Counted from the stretch's first letter, positions 18,227-28,780 are shown. The stretch is DNA of 52,227 bases from Myxococcales bacterium (GCA_043747615.1 JAYTOU010000079.1:1-52227); one strand, 5' to 3'. A program made the numbers and translations. The notes: generated by a model from the sequence alone, not told the origin.

Positions 18227-19744
18227 ATGCCGACATTTCTAGGAATCGACATCGGAGAGACGAAGGTGATGGTGGCCGTCCTGCGCACCGCGTACCGCCG
18301 CATGGCCCTCGTTGGTCTGGGCAGCGCCGACGTCGTAGGACAGGCGGGCCAAGCGGAGGCCATTCGCGCGGCCGTGGCGAGTGCGCTCGGCAAGCCTGGC
18401 GTGGGAGATGGAATTGCCGTGGCCATCGATGGCTCTCTCGTCGCCGTGCGCACCGTGATGATTCCGACGAGCGCGCAGCGGCAGCTCGCAGAGGTTCTTC
18501 CGTTCGAGCTCGAGGCGCAGATCCCGTTCGACCTCTCCGACTCCGTCTTCGACTACCGCGTTCTCAAGCCGCTCCCCGGAGCCGATCTGGCGCAGCTCTC
18601 CGTGCTCGCCGCCGTGGCCCGCACGGCCGACGTGCGCACCCGCATCGAGCAGGTAAAAACGGCTCTTTTGGCCGAGCCAGAGAGGGTAGGGGTGGGCGCG
18701 TTTCCGCTCGCGAACCTCGTGCCGTACGTGAGCGTGCTCTCCGAGGAAGGGCCGATCCTCCTCGTCGATCTCGGTGCGAAGACCAGCGACGTCCTCGTGT
18801 GCCGCAACGGCGAGCCCGTGTTCAGCCGCACCCTCGACTACGGAACCGAGGGCTTGCCGCAGACCGCGCCTCGTCTTGCGCGCGAGATCCGGGTGACCAT
18901 CGCCGCGTACCGATCCGCTGGTGGCAGCGTACCGACCCGCGTTCTGCTCTCGGGCGCCGGCGCGTTCGTGTCCGGCGCAGAAGCATTTCTCGCGGGCGAG
19001 CTCGAGCTTCCGGTAGCTGCGATTCCCGCTCCGGCGCTCGAGGTGGAAAACGTGGACCCCGTGCTCTTCGCGGAGCTCCCGCGGTTCGCGAAGTCGATCG
19101 GCCTAGCGCTCGGTCTCACCGGCCGAGCGGTCGGCGTCGATCTCCGTCGCGGCCCCCTCGCCTACGAGCGAGGATTTGCTTGGATCAAAGAGAAAGTGCC
19201 GGTCCTCGCTGGTCTCGGCGCCGTCATCATGGTGAGCTTTTTCTTCTCCGCAGGCGCGCAGCTTTACGCGAGCGCAAAGGAGCGATCGACGCTCGAGAGC
19301 GCGCTTGGCATCGTCACCGGCGAAGTGCTCGGCGAGGCCACGAGTAGCGCAGATCGCGCGACAGAGATGCTCACGCAGCAAGTTGGAACCGTCGACGAAG
19401 ACCCGCTCCCCCACGCCGACGCGTTCGACGTAATGGTGAAGCTCTCCGAGGACATTCCCATGTCGATGGTGCACGACATCGAGGAGCTCGACGTGCAGAA
19501 GGGGCACGTCGTCGTCCGCGGCGTCGTGGGCTCCATTCCCGACGCGCAGGCCATCGCCACGTCTCTCCGAAATGAAAAATGCTTCCAGGAAGTGAAGATC
19601 ACCCGCACCAACCAGGTCGTCGGCGGTGAGCGCCAGAAGTACGTGCTCGAGTTTGATCTCAAGTGCCCGGAGGACGTGAAAGGCCCGGCGAAAAAGCCAG
19701 GCGCCGCAGCGGCGACTCCCGCAACGAGCGGCGGAGGAAAATAA
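18227..19744 (+). CDS. gspL: GspL with PilM-like actin-fold cytoplasmic domain, TM and periplasmic domain
   Basis: LGIDIG, LPFELEAQIPF, VDLGAKTSD, LSGAG, single TM; position between gspK and gspM. Confidence 0.8.
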   Translation: MPTFLGIDIGETKVMVAVLRTAYRRMALVGLGSADVVGQAGQAEAIRAAVASALGKPGVGDGIAVAIDGSLVAVRTVMIPTSAQRQLAEVLPFELEAQIPFDLSDSVFDYRVLKPLPGADLAQLSVLAAVARTADVRTRIEQVKTALLAEPERVGVGAFPLANLVPYVSVLSEEGPILLVDLGAKTSDVLVCRNGEPVFSRTLDYGTEGLPQTAPRLAREIRVTIAAYRSAGGSVPTRVLLSGAGAFVSGAEAFLAGELELPVAAIPAPALEVENVDPVLFAELPRFAKSIGLALGLTGRAVGVDLRRGPLAYERGFAWIKEKVPVLAGLGAVIMVSFFFSAGAQLYASAKERSTLESALGIVTGEVLGEATSSADRATEMLTQQVGTVDEDPLPHADAFDVMVKLSEDIPMSMVHDIEELDVQKGHVVVRGVVGSIPDAQAIATSLRNEKCFQEVKITRTNQVVGGERQKYVLEFDLKCPEDVKGPAKKPGAAAATPATSGGGK

Positions 19745-19745
19745 G

Positions 19746-20327
19746 ATGGCCACCCCGATCTTCGAACGCTTCGGACTGAACCCGCGCGAGCAGCGACTGG
19801 CGTCCATCCTCGCCACCGTCTTCGGAGTCATGTTCCTCCTCGGCATCCCGGTGCTGATGGAGACCCTGATCATCTCGCGGCACTCGGAGAACGAGAAGAC
19901 GCGCGCCGCGCTCGACGCGGTGCAGGCCGCACGCGTCAAGGTCCGCGAGCGTCAGGCCAAGAAGGACGCCATCGCCACACGCTACGGGAAGAGAGCCCCG
20001 GTCCTCGCCGGCTTCCTCGAGCAATCGGCCCGCGCGCAAAAGCTCGAGGTCACCGATTCGGTGGATCGCCCGGAGATCCCCATTGGCAAGAAGTACGTCG
20101 AGCGCAACACCGTGATCCACCTGAAAAAGGCTGGAATGTTCGCGATTTCGAAATTCCTCGAGGGCATCGAGAAGAGCGACAATGCGTCGAGCGTCTCGCG
20201 CCTCAACATTCGCAGGCGCACCGGTGAGCCCGACTCGTACGATGTCGAGGTTGGGCTGTCGGCGTTCGACCGCAACAACGAGCCGCCGCCCCCTGCGGTC
20301 GCTCCGAGCGAAAAGAGACCGCAATGA
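19746..20327 (+). CDS. gspM: Type II secretion protein M
   Basis: LNPREQR + TM + coiled coil; operon position. Confidence 0.78.
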   Translation: MATPIFERFGLNPREQRLASILATVFGVMFLLGIPVLMETLIISRHSENEKTRAALDAVQAARVKVRERQAKKDAIATRYGKRAPVLAGFLEQSARAQKLEVTDSVDRPEIPIGKKYVERNTVIHLKKAGMFAISKFLEGIEKSDNASSVSRLNIRRRTGEPDSYDVEVGLSAFDRNNEPPPPAVAPSEKRPQ

Positions 20328-21388
20328 ATACCGTCGAGAGCGTCGAAGGATCGTCCGCCGCGCGGAGCGGCCTCATCCTCAAAGAGCGCCTGAAGAGCCT
20401 CGCGCCGAAGATCGGATTTCCAATCTTCTACGTGGTGTCACTCGGCGTCTTCGCCTCCCTGACCTTCCCTTACGACAAGCTCAAGGAGCGCATCGTCGTC
20501 ACCTTCAATGCGCAGCAACGCGCGCTCGGCGCCCAGCAGGAGCTTCAGATCGACGAGCTGACCTCGCACTTCATCACCGGGGTGAAGGCGAAGGGAGTAC
20601 GCCTCACGAGCCTCAACACTGAGCCGGGCAAGCCGCCAGTGGAGCTCAAGATCGACGAAGCGAAGGCAAGAATCGCGCTCTTTCCGCTTCTTATCGGGCA
20701 TCACGACGTGTTCTTTCAGCTCGATGCGTTCGGCGGCGAGATCGACGGCGAGTACGACGAGCTTGGAGCAGATCGCGCAGTCGAGGTCGAGCTCAAAGGC
20801 GTAGACATGGGCAAGGTGGAGCCGCTGACCGCGATGCTCGGACTGCCGATGGAAGGAAAGCTCACGGGCACGCTCAAGGTCAGCATGCCGGAAGGGAAAG
20901 CCTCGAAGGGAAGCGGCACGGCGGCATTCGAGGCCACCGACGTCGCGCTCGGAGACGGAAAAGCAAAGCTCAAAGGAGCGCTCGCACTTCCGCGGATCGT
21001 GGTCGGCTCGCTCTCCTTCACCGGAGAGGCCAAAGAGGGGGTCCTCAAGGTGACGAAGCTCACGGCGGGCGGTAAAGACGTCGAGCTGCAGGGCGATGGG
21101 CGCGTTCAGATGCGCGAGATGGCACTCGAGTCGAGCTGCGACGTGAACGTGAAGTTCAAGGTAAACGACGGCTACCGCACGAAGAGCGACGTCACCAAGA
21201 GCCTCTTTGGTGCGCCGGGATCCAACGCTCCCGCGCTCTTCGAGCTCGCCGACCCGAAGGTGAAGCAGGCGAAACGCCCTGACGGATTCTACGCGTTTCA
21301 CATCCGCGGGTTGCTCGGGAGGCCTGATTTCGAGCCTCAGGGCGGTGGCGGCGGCGGAGCGGGCCCGGGCCTCAAGGGCTTCCAGTGA
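20324..21388 (+). CDS. gspN: Type II secretion protein N (delta/myxobacterial type)
   Basis: TM-LTFPYDKLK, beta-rich AsmA-like body; last gsp gene. Confidence 0.78.
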   Translation: MNTVESVEGSSAARSGLILKERLKSLAPKIGFPIFYVVSLGVFASLTFPYDKLKERIVVTFNAQQRALGAQQELQIDELTSHFITGVKAKGVRLTSLNTEPGKPPVELKIDEAKARIALFPLLIGHHDVFFQLDAFGGEIDGEYDELGADRAVEVELKGVDMGKVEPLTAMLGLPMEGKLTGTLKVSMPEGKASKGSGTAAFEATDVALGDGKAKLKGALALPRIVVGSLSFTGEAKEGVLKVTKLTAGGKDVELQGDGRVQMREMALESSCDVNVKFKVNDGYRTKSDVTKSLFGAPGSNAPALFELADPKVKQAKRPDGFYAFHIRGLLGRPDFEPQGGGGGGAGPGLKGFQ

Positions 21389-21410
21389 AAGGCATGCGGC
21401 GTTGAGCGCC

Positions 21411-22202
21411 ATGATCCATCGGCTCATCGGCGTTCTTCATTTGCCACCACTCCCCGGCAGTCCGCGAGCGAGCCTGAGTATGGCTCGCATTTGCGAAGAT
21501 GCGGCGCGCGACGCGTTTGTCCTCGCCGACCTCGGCTTCGACCTCGTCATGATCGAGAACTTCGGCGACGCTCCGTTCTTTCCGGGACGCGTGCCGAGCG
21601 TGACGGTCAGCGCCATGACCGCGTGCGCGTGTGCCGTTCGCGCGCGGGCTCCCAAGCTTCCTTTAGGGATAAACGTTCTGCGCAACGACGCCGACTCGGC
21701 CCTCGCGATCGCCGCGGTGGTCGACGCCGCGTGCATCCGCGTGAACGTCCACACGAGCGCTCGGGTCACCGATCAGGGTCTCATCCAGGGCGACGCCGCA
21801 GCCACCCTGCGGACGCGACGCGCCCTCGGAGGCTCGAGCATCGCCATCTGGGCAGACGTCGACGTGAAGCACGCCGCCGCCCTCGCGCCTCGTCCGATCG
21901 GCGACGAGGCATGCGATCTCTTCCACCGCGGAATGGCCGAAGCACTCCTCGTGACCGGAAGGGGAACGGGCGCGAGCGTGGACCTGCGCGATCTCGAAAC
22001 CGTGCGGCAGGCGGTGCCGAAAGCTCCGCTCTTCGTCGCGAGCGGCGCGCGCGTAGAGGACTTGACCGCCCTTGCGTCCCAATGCGACGGCGTGATCGTC
22101 GGTAGCGCGATCCGCGAAGGAGGCGTCGCCGGAGCGCCCCTCGATCCCATCCGCTGCCGCGCCTTCGTCGACGCGTTCCGCGCGGCCTTTCCCTCGAGCT
22201 AG
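21411..22202 (+). CDS. BtpA/SgcQ family TIM-barrel protein
   Basis: IGVLHLPPLPGSP, IENFGDAPF, GINVLRND, ADVDVKHA, VTGRGTG, DGVIVGS. Confidence 0.92.
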   Translation: MIHRLIGVLHLPPLPGSPRASLSMARICEDAARDAFVLADLGFDLVMIENFGDAPFFPGRVPSVTVSAMTACACAVRARAPKLPLGINVLRNDADSALAIAAVVDAACIRVNVHTSARVTDQGLIQGDAAATLRTRRALGGSSIAIWADVDVKHAAALAPRPIGDEACDLFHRGMAEALLVTGRGTGASVDLRDLETVRQAVPKAPLFVASGARVEDLTALASQCDGVIVGSAIREGGVAGAPLDPIRCRAFVDAFRAAFPSS

Positions 22203-24683
22203 TAGGTCCCGCGGAAGCCGGCGGAACCGGCGCTGATCCAAGGGCTCAGCGTCATCGGCGTCGGAGGTGCTTTGCCGCTCGTCGACGAGGAGGCTTTTCC
22301 TCCGAGGAACAAGCTCGTCACGCCGACGGCGACTCCTGCGCCGCCCATGATGAAGCCGACGGTCGAAATCGTTCCCGTACTCTGCGCGCTGCTCTTGTCG
22401 TCCTGGAATGCTTGGCTGTCGTACGCCGCGGCGGGGCACTTGCTGTTCGGGCACTGGTCCTTCAGGCCGCTCGTTTTGGAGATCGATAGAAGACCCGTGA
22501 TGCTGCCGACCACGAGCCCGGCGGCGCCGACCCCGAACGCCACGTACGTCAGCGTGTGGCTTTTTTGGGGTGACGGCTCGACGCTCGGTCGCGGTGCGAC
22601 GACGGCCACAGCGAGAGCTGCAAGCTCGACCAGCACGGGCTTCGACTCGCGCTCATGAACTTCGACATCGACGTGCCCGGCGGAGGCTCCCGCGTTCGCG
22701 GCGATCACGTGATGACCCGGATTGAGCTTGCGGGGAAGGCCAAGCGCCGCGGCGGGAATGGCCGCTCCGTCTACCGTCACCGTCGGCAGAGAACCCTCGG
22801 GCACGTTCTTCAGCGTGATCTGCAGGGACGGAATGCGCTGCTCGAGATCATCGCTGAGCGCCTGGGCTTTCGCGCGCGCTTCGATGAACGGCGGCGGCTC
22901 GTTCGGCGCGCTCGGCAAGCGGGTGACCCCCAAGGCAGCCTCGCGCGCCTCGAGCAAGTTGCCGAGCGCCAGGTGCGTGCGGGCAACCTCGAGGCCCGTC
23001 GACGGCACCTTCATGATCTCGTCGGCCCCCTGAAAGCTCTGGAGCGCGAGCTTCAGCTCGTTCCTTCCGCGCTGCGCTTCACCCTGGGTCATCAAGCTGC
23101 GCGCCGTCTCTTTGTCTGCCGCAGATGGCTGCTGCTGCGCGTGAGCGACATTCGCCGTCGCGGGCGTCGTTGCCAGCAGCGTTGGCTCGGCGCTCGGCTG
23201 CGCGGTCTGCGATGCAAGTTGCGCGTCGGGTTGGCGCGGCGCCTCGACGCCGCTCGTGGTCTGAGTCGAAGCGTTGCCCACCGATTTTCGCAGGGTCGCA
23301 CCGACCGCCATCACGACGACGATGGTCATCGCGCCCATCATGCCCACCGCGACCGCGACGATGCGCTTGTCGATGGCACGAGCGGCCGACGGCGGTGGAT
23401 AGGCGACCGCTGACGAGCTGAGCGTCTGGTGACTCAACTGCGATTCTTGCGAGACGTGGGAAACCTGAGAAATTTGAGAAGCCTGCGAGACAGGCGCTTC
23501 ACCGCTGCCAGGCATTCCGAACGCAGGCGCGATTGCGTGCCCTTCGACAGAGCGCAAAGACGAAGCCGCCGCCGCACCCGCGAGACCGGGAGAAGAGTCC
23601 GGCACCCACGGCTCGCGGCGCGTTGCTAGATGATTCACTCCGCTCGAAGAGTCGCTCGACGCCGGCGCGAGGAGCTTGTGCATGCGCCCGCGCTCCGTGG
23701 CTGCTTCGAGGGCGAGAGCCACCGCCTTCCTGCGAGCCTGCGCGCGGTCGGTCAGATGCTCCGCGACGAACGCCGCAACATCGGAGGTCGAGGTCTGGAT
23801 CTTGGCCTCGACCATTGCGCTCTCGATTGCCTTTTGCAACTGGGCGGCCGTGGCGACGCGGCTGTCGGGATCTTTTTCGAGCGCGCGCCGAACGAGGGCA
23901 TGCACCGGCAGCGGGATGTCGTCGGGCAGCGGAGGAGGCTCGCCCGGTGTCGTCAACAAATGCAGCGTCGCGAGAGGATTTTCCCCTTCGAACGGAGGTT
24001 GGCCCGTGAGCAGCTAATAGAGCACCGCGCCGAGCGCCCATACATCGGAGCGGCGATCGACCCGTTTTCCGATGGCCTGCTCCGGCGCCATGTACTGAAT
24101 TTTCCCCTTGAGCAGGCCGGAGCTTGTCTCCGCCGAAACGCGGTCGAGCGCTTTCACGATCCCGAAGTCGATGAGCTTGGCGTCGCCCTTCGAGTTGACG
24201 AGAATATTTTGGGGCGACACGTCGCGGTGGACGACGCCGAGGAGCTTGCCGGCTTTGTCCCGGAGCTCGTGCGCCGCTTCGAGACCGCCGCACGTATCGG
24301 CGAGGATCCGGAGGATGACCCCGGGTGGGATGGTCATCCCTCGCCGCCTCAACGGCTCGATGAAGCTTCGACAGCGAGTCGCCGTCGACCCACTCCATCA
24401 CGATGTAGAGGATGTCGTGTTGCTCTCCGAGGTCGAGGATTTGCGCAGTGTTCGGGTGCTCGATCCCCGACGCGATGCGGGCCTCGTCGAGAAACATTTG
24501 CTGGAAGCGTTCGTCCGAGGCGAACTGCGGAAGGATCGTTTTGATGGCTACGAGCTTTTCGAACCCGTGCTTGCCGTGGAGCCGCGCGAGCCAGACGGAG
24601 GCCATTCCGCCGTGCGCGATGGGGCACAGACGCTCATAGCGATCTAGACGAAATCCTGGCTCCACGGGCGAGCGCTCCTCCAC
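22199..24683 (-). pseudogene. Disrupted Hanks-type Ser/Thr kinase with TM, TPR-like and PEGA-like C-terminus
   Basis: Motifs HGGMASVW, VAIK, HRDVSPQN, DFG, YMAPE are split by an extra base near 24347 and an in-frame TAG at 24014-24016. Confidence 0.85.
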
Positions 24684-24786
24684 GAACCCCCCGTGAAACA
24701 ATCGCGTGAAAGCCGCTATCGGGCAAGCTCGGAGCCCCATTCCGCCCACACGTGTGGGCCTTCCGCTTACGACAGGCGCGAGAACG

Positions 24787-25422
24787 TCAGCGCGCGCTCT
24801 TCTTGAGGATGCGGGCGACCGTGTCGGGAGCGAGGGTTTTTGCGCGGTTTCGGAGACGATCGAGGAGCGCGTCGCGGTTGGCGGGGGCAACGCTGGTGGC
24901 GTCAACCGAACTGGCCCGGACGTGGATCGGCTCTGGGATCGGCGGCGGAGTCGAAGCTCGCGCCGGCGGGGGCAGGGAGGTCGGAGGAGCCGACGGCGGT
25001 GAGATCGGAGGAGCCGACGGCGGTGAGATCGGCGGTCGTACGGAGGGCGCGGGAGGGAAGTCGCTCTCGCCCATCGCGGCTTGCAGCATGGCCCTCGCGC
25101 GCGCATCGCGAATGGCGGCGGCGCGGTCGACCAGCGCCTTCGATTTCGCGTCGAGTCGCGTGAAGCGAAGCGTGAGCCCAGGGAGGTCGCCGAGAGCCCG
25201 CGGCTTGAAGGCCACGACGCGCCCTTCGCCTCGGATGATCGGCACGCCATCGAGGAGCGTCACCTCGAAGCGGAGGATCACCCCCTGCGGACGAGACTGC
25301 GCACCCACGAGGACGACGCTGGTGCGCGTGAGCGTCTCGATTTCTTTGTCGAGAAACTCATCTTCCGATTGATACGGACGCGTCACGCGAATCGCGACCG
25401 GTTGGCGAGGGTCGTCGGCCAC
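24787..25422 (-). CDS. Degenerate PilZ-like domain protein (myxobacterial TIGR02266-like) with Pro-rich linker
   Basis: F...GVILRFEVTL..G.PIIRGEGRVV...GLTLRFTRLD pattern. Confidence 0.7.
   Translation of the reverse strand: MADDPRQPVAIRVTRPYQSEDEFLDKEIETLTRTSVVLVGAQSRPQGVILRFEVTLLDGVPIIRGEGRVVAFKPRALGDLPGLTLRFTRLDAKSKALVDRAAAIRDARARAMLQAAMGESDFPPAPSVRPPISPPSAPPISPPSAPPTSLPPPARASTPPPIPEPIHVRASSVDATSVAPANRDALLDRLRNRAKTLAPDTVARILKKSAR
24981..25032. repeat. 24-bp tandem repeat x2 (encodes ISPPSAPP)
   Basis: tcggaggagccgacggcggtgaga at 24981 and 25005, plus tcgg. Confidence 0.9.
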
Positions 25423-25460
25423 GGCGCAAGAATACGCTAGCCTCGTCTGCGGACCAAAAG

Positions 25461-26714
25461 ATGCGTAAAATTCTCATGGTTGGCTCGGGAGCGCGGGAGC
25501 ACGCGCTCGCTCGGGCGTTGGTCGACGAAGGACATCTCGTCGTGAGCGCACCCGGAAATGCGGGGACGGCGCTTCTCGGCCTCAACGCTTCGGTCGCGAT
25601 CGACGACATTGATGGCCTCGTCGCCCTCGCTGTTCGCGAGAAGGTCGATCTCGTCGTCGTCGGCCCCGAGCTCCCCCTCACGCTCGGTCTCGTCGACGCT
25701 CTCGCGGCGAAGGGTGTTCGCGCGTTCGGACCAACCCGCGCGGCCGCGCAGCTCGAAGGCTCGAAGGCGTTCATGAAACGCTTTCTCGTACGCCACGGCA
25801 TTCCCACCGCGGCCTGCGAGATCTTCGACGACGCCGATCGTGCGGAGGCGTACATCCGCGCGGCGAACCGCCCCCTCGTGGTGAAAGCCGACGGACTTGC
25901 GGCGGGCAAGGGCGTTGTGGTTGCTCAGACGACGGGAGAAGCGTGCGCCGCCGTTCAGTCGATGATGCGCGAGCGCGCGTTTGGCGACGCGGGAAAAACG
26001 GTGATCGTCGAAGAGCTCTTGCTCGGTGAAGAGGCGAGCTTCCACGTGGTGTGCGGTGGCGGCCGGGCCATCGCTCTTGCGCCCGCGCAAGATCACAAGC
26101 GCATCTTCGACGGCGATCGCGGTCCGAACACCGGCGGCATGGGCGCGTACGCTCCGGCGCCGATCGTCACACCGGCGGTCCACGAGATTGTGATGCGCTC
26201 TGTCGTCGCGCCGACCCTGGCAGGAATGGAGCGGGAAAATAGGCCGTTCGCGGGGGTTCTCTTCGTGGGCCTCATGATCGACAACGGGGTTCCGCGCGTC
26301 CTGGAGTTCAACGTTCGCTTCGGCGATCCGGAGACGACGGTGCTCGTGCCGCTCTATGGAGGCAGCTGGTTCGAGCTTCTCTCCGGAGTGCCGGGGGACG
26401 ATGAAGGCACGCGCGCAGGAGCCGCGCTAGCCGTTGTGATGGCCGCAGAGGGTTACCCCGCGAAGCCTCGCATTGGCGACGTGATCACCGGACTCGAACA
26501 CCCGCTTGCGCAAGGTGCGCGCGTTCATCACGCAGGGACAAAGCTCGATGACGAGGGACACGTGGTGACCGCGGGAGGGCGGGTGCTCACCGTGGCGGCG
26601 TACGCGGCGACCCTCGCGGACGCAGCATCTTGCGCTTACGAGGCGGTGAATCGGATTCAGTTTCGCGGCGAGCAGCACCGGCGGGACATTGGGCATCGCG
26701 GCAGGGGTCGATAA
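25461..26714 (+). CDS. purD: Phosphoribosylamine--glycine ligase
   Basis: GSGAREHAL, VGPELPL, LEGSKAF, KADGLAAGKGV, QDHKR, GPNTGGMG, EFNVRFGDPE. Confidence 0.97.
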   Translation: MRKILMVGSGAREHALARALVDEGHLVVSAPGNAGTALLGLNASVAIDDIDGLVALAVREKVDLVVVGPELPLTLGLVDALAAKGVRAFGPTRAAAQLEGSKAFMKRFLVRHGIPTAACEIFDDADRAEAYIRAANRPLVVKADGLAAGKGVVVAQTTGEACAAVQSMMRERAFGDAGKTVIVEELLLGEEASFHVVCGGGRAIALAPAQDHKRIFDGDRGPNTGGMGAYAPAPIVTPAVHEIVMRSVVAPTLAGMERENRPFAGVLFVGLMIDNGVPRVLEFNVRFGDPETTVLVPLYGGSWFELLSGVPGDDEGTRAGAALAVVMAAEGYPAKPRIGDVITGLEHPLAQGARVHHAGTKLDDEGHVVTAGGRVLTVAAYAATLADAASCAYEAVNRIQFRGEQHRRDIGHRGRGR

Positions 26715-26752
26715 CGCGGCATTCTCGATCCCTTGGCTGATATTCTCGTGCG

Positions 26753-27154
26753 ATGAGATCGAGCTCGAACCTAGCGCACCTCGCCGTCGCCCTACTCCTC
26801 GCCATCGCGTCGGGTTGCAAGCCGTCGCACAAAAGCACGGAAGCCGGACCCGAAGCCGTGATGGAGCCAACGCCGACCCCGGTGGAAACCGCGTCCGCCG
26901 CGACGGCGTCTGCGGCGCCGCTGGCCAAGGCGGCGCACGGAACCCCCGCCGCGCACCCCAAGGTCGCCGCGGGCGGCGGCGCCCCGACCACGGACGCGCC
27001 ATGTCCAGGGCCGGGCATCACCCGCCGCTGCGGAGGTCGCTGCGTCAATCTTCAGACCGACGACTCGAACTGTGGAACGTGCGGCACCGTGTGCTCGGGC
27101 GGCAAGCGCTGCGACGGACACCTGTCGTGCCGCGACTCCGCCGGCAATCTCTAG
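26753..27154 (+). CDS. Lipoprotein with Cys-rich C-terminal module (TDxxNCGxCGxxC)
   Basis: Lipobox IASGC, Pro/Ala linker, CGGRCVNLQTDDSNCGTCGTVC. Confidence 0.75.
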   Translation: MRSSSNLAHLAVALLLAIASGCKPSHKSTEAGPEAVMEPTPTPVETASAATASAAPLAKAAHGTPAAHPKVAAGGGAPTTDAPCPGPGITRRCGGRCVNLQTDDSNCGTCGTVCSGGKRCDGHLSCRDSAGNL

Positions 27155-27366
27155 GGTGACCCAAACGGAGCTCGCCCCTTCTCCGACGAAGGCGTTCGGG
27201 CGCTCTCCCTGCCGGGATATCGGAGCATGGCGCGGCTCTAGCCCGCCAGCGGTGGTGGCGCGAATCCGCCTTCGTTTGGCGTCAGCTCGCTGCATCGAGA
27301 CCGATCGAACGCGCGTCGAAACACTATTGTCGGAACACTGGAACACTCACGGCTCATTGGAGGCGC

Positions 27367-28758
27367 ATGCTCATTTCCTCTCGGTTCTGCACGTTTTCTT
27401 TCCCTTGCTTCATCGTCCTAGCCGGCGTCGCGGGCTGCTCATCGAGCTCGACCACCACCCAAGGCAACCAGCCCAGCCCTGACGGCGGAGACCCCGCGAC
27501 GTGTAACAAGCCTCCCGCGACGGGCTACACCCAGGTCGTTCCGCCGAGCGGCATGCAAAATGTCGAAGTCGGGCTCCACACCGCGATGGCGCTGTCGAAG
27601 GACGGCTATCCCGTCATCGCCTATTACGTGAACGACTCCACCGCGCTCACTGCGACGCTTTACGCCGTCCGCTGGGACCCGTGCGTCGGAGCCTGGGCCC
27701 CGCCGATCAAGATCGACTCTGGCCTCAAGCTCGGCAACACGCTCCCCACCCGCGACGTCTCGATGGCAGTCGACCCCGTCGATGGGCGGATCGGAATCGC
27801 GTACGAAAAAATCTACGTCATCAAGATGCCCAACTCGACCAGCGCGGCCTTCGTCGCCCTCTCCACCGACGGCGGCAAGACCTTCGGGACCGGGACCAAG
27901 GTGTCCATCCACGGCGTGGAGACCAGCGGAGAAGCCGGGGACATCGAACAGGCCGACGACCCGCAGATCGCGCTCGCGGGCGGCAAGACCTACGTCGCCT
28001 ACAACCAGTCGGACGCGGCGTGCGGCCCGGCGATGGGAGGCAATCCTCCGCCCTGCCAAGCGGGTATCGCCCTCGCAACGGGAAGCGCGACGGGAACGAC
28101 GTTCAGCCAGGAATTTATGAAGGATGGCCTCGACCCGGTGTACAGCGGCTACGCCCGCGCCATGACCGCCGCGCCTCTCGGGCTCGCCATCGACAGCAGC
28201 GGTGTTCCCGGCATCGTCGCTCATGTCTCTGCCGCGGCGTACAACACGAAGCTCGTGTTTTTCCGTCCCGGCGCCACGGGAACGCTCGTCATGGACAGCG
28301 CGAACAAACAAAACGATTCCGCGTCTGCCTCCTTTACCTTCGAGGGAACGAGTCCTCGCGTGCTTACGCGTCTCAATGCCGGCATGAACGACAACGGTGG
28401 TCTGCTCTTCCTCTCGTCCACCGACGGCACGACCTGGTCTGCACCGACTGCGTTGCCGCTCGACGGCGACGTTCTTACCCCAAGGACGCAGGCCCTGCTC
28501 CGCGACGGAAAAGGCGGAGTGGTCGTGCTCTCGCAGTCGGGGGACTCGACCGGATCGACCTTCCCGGGACCGAAGTTCTGGCGTTCGAGCGACCTAAAAG
28601 CGTTCACCATCGGCAGTGCCGGCGCGGCGGGGGCCACGGCTCCACACGGCACCTACATGAGCGGTGCCCTCACGAAGGCTGGGAAAATCCAGATGGCCTT
28701 CTACGGCGATGCCCCAGAAAAAGACTCGTCCGGCGTCGTCTACTGGAGCGAGCCCTGA
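27367..28758 (+). CDS. Lipoprotein with BNR/Asp-box (sialidase-like propeller) repeats
   Basis: Lipobox VAGC; STDGGKTF, STDGTTW, SSDLKAF. Confidence 0.8.
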   Translation: MLISSRFCTFSFPCFIVLAGVAGCSSSSTTTQGNQPSPDGGDPATCNKPPATGYTQVVPPSGMQNVEVGLHTAMALSKDGYPVIAYYVNDSTALTATLYAVRWDPCVGAWAPPIKIDSGLKLGNTLPTRDVSMAVDPVDGRIGIAYEKIYVIKMPNSTSAAFVALSTDGGKTFGTGTKVSIHGVETSGEAGDIEQADDPQIALAGGKTYVAYNQSDAACGPAMGGNPPPCQAGIALATGSATGTTFSQEFMKDGLDPVYSGYARAMTAAPLGLAIDSSGVPGIVAHVSAAAYNTKLVFFRPGATGTLVMDSANKQNDSASASFTFEGTSPRVLTRLNAGMNDNGGLLFLSSTDGTTWSAPTALPLDGDVLTPRTQALLRDGKGGVVVLSQSGDSTGSTFPGPKFWRSSDLKAFTIGSAGAAGATAPHGTYMSGALTKAGKIQMAFYGDAPEKDSSGVVYWSEP

Positions 28759-28780
28759 CAGTCGCGATATATGCGATGGG

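Noticed and set aside
6533..21388. Type IV pilus or Tad/Kil system instead of T2SS
   Set aside because: GspC with PDZ, GspD N0-N3, GspK and GspN are present; no PilT or Tad components.
24014..24016. Amber read-through (pyrrolysine or recoding) in the kinase
   Set aside because: A separate frameshift also breaks the gene, TAG is a normal stop elsewhere in the window, and no pyl genes are present.
23499..25250. 583-aa ORF as one gene
   Set aside because: It combines an off-frame read of the PilZ-like gene, the kinase N-lobe and post-frameshift sequence.
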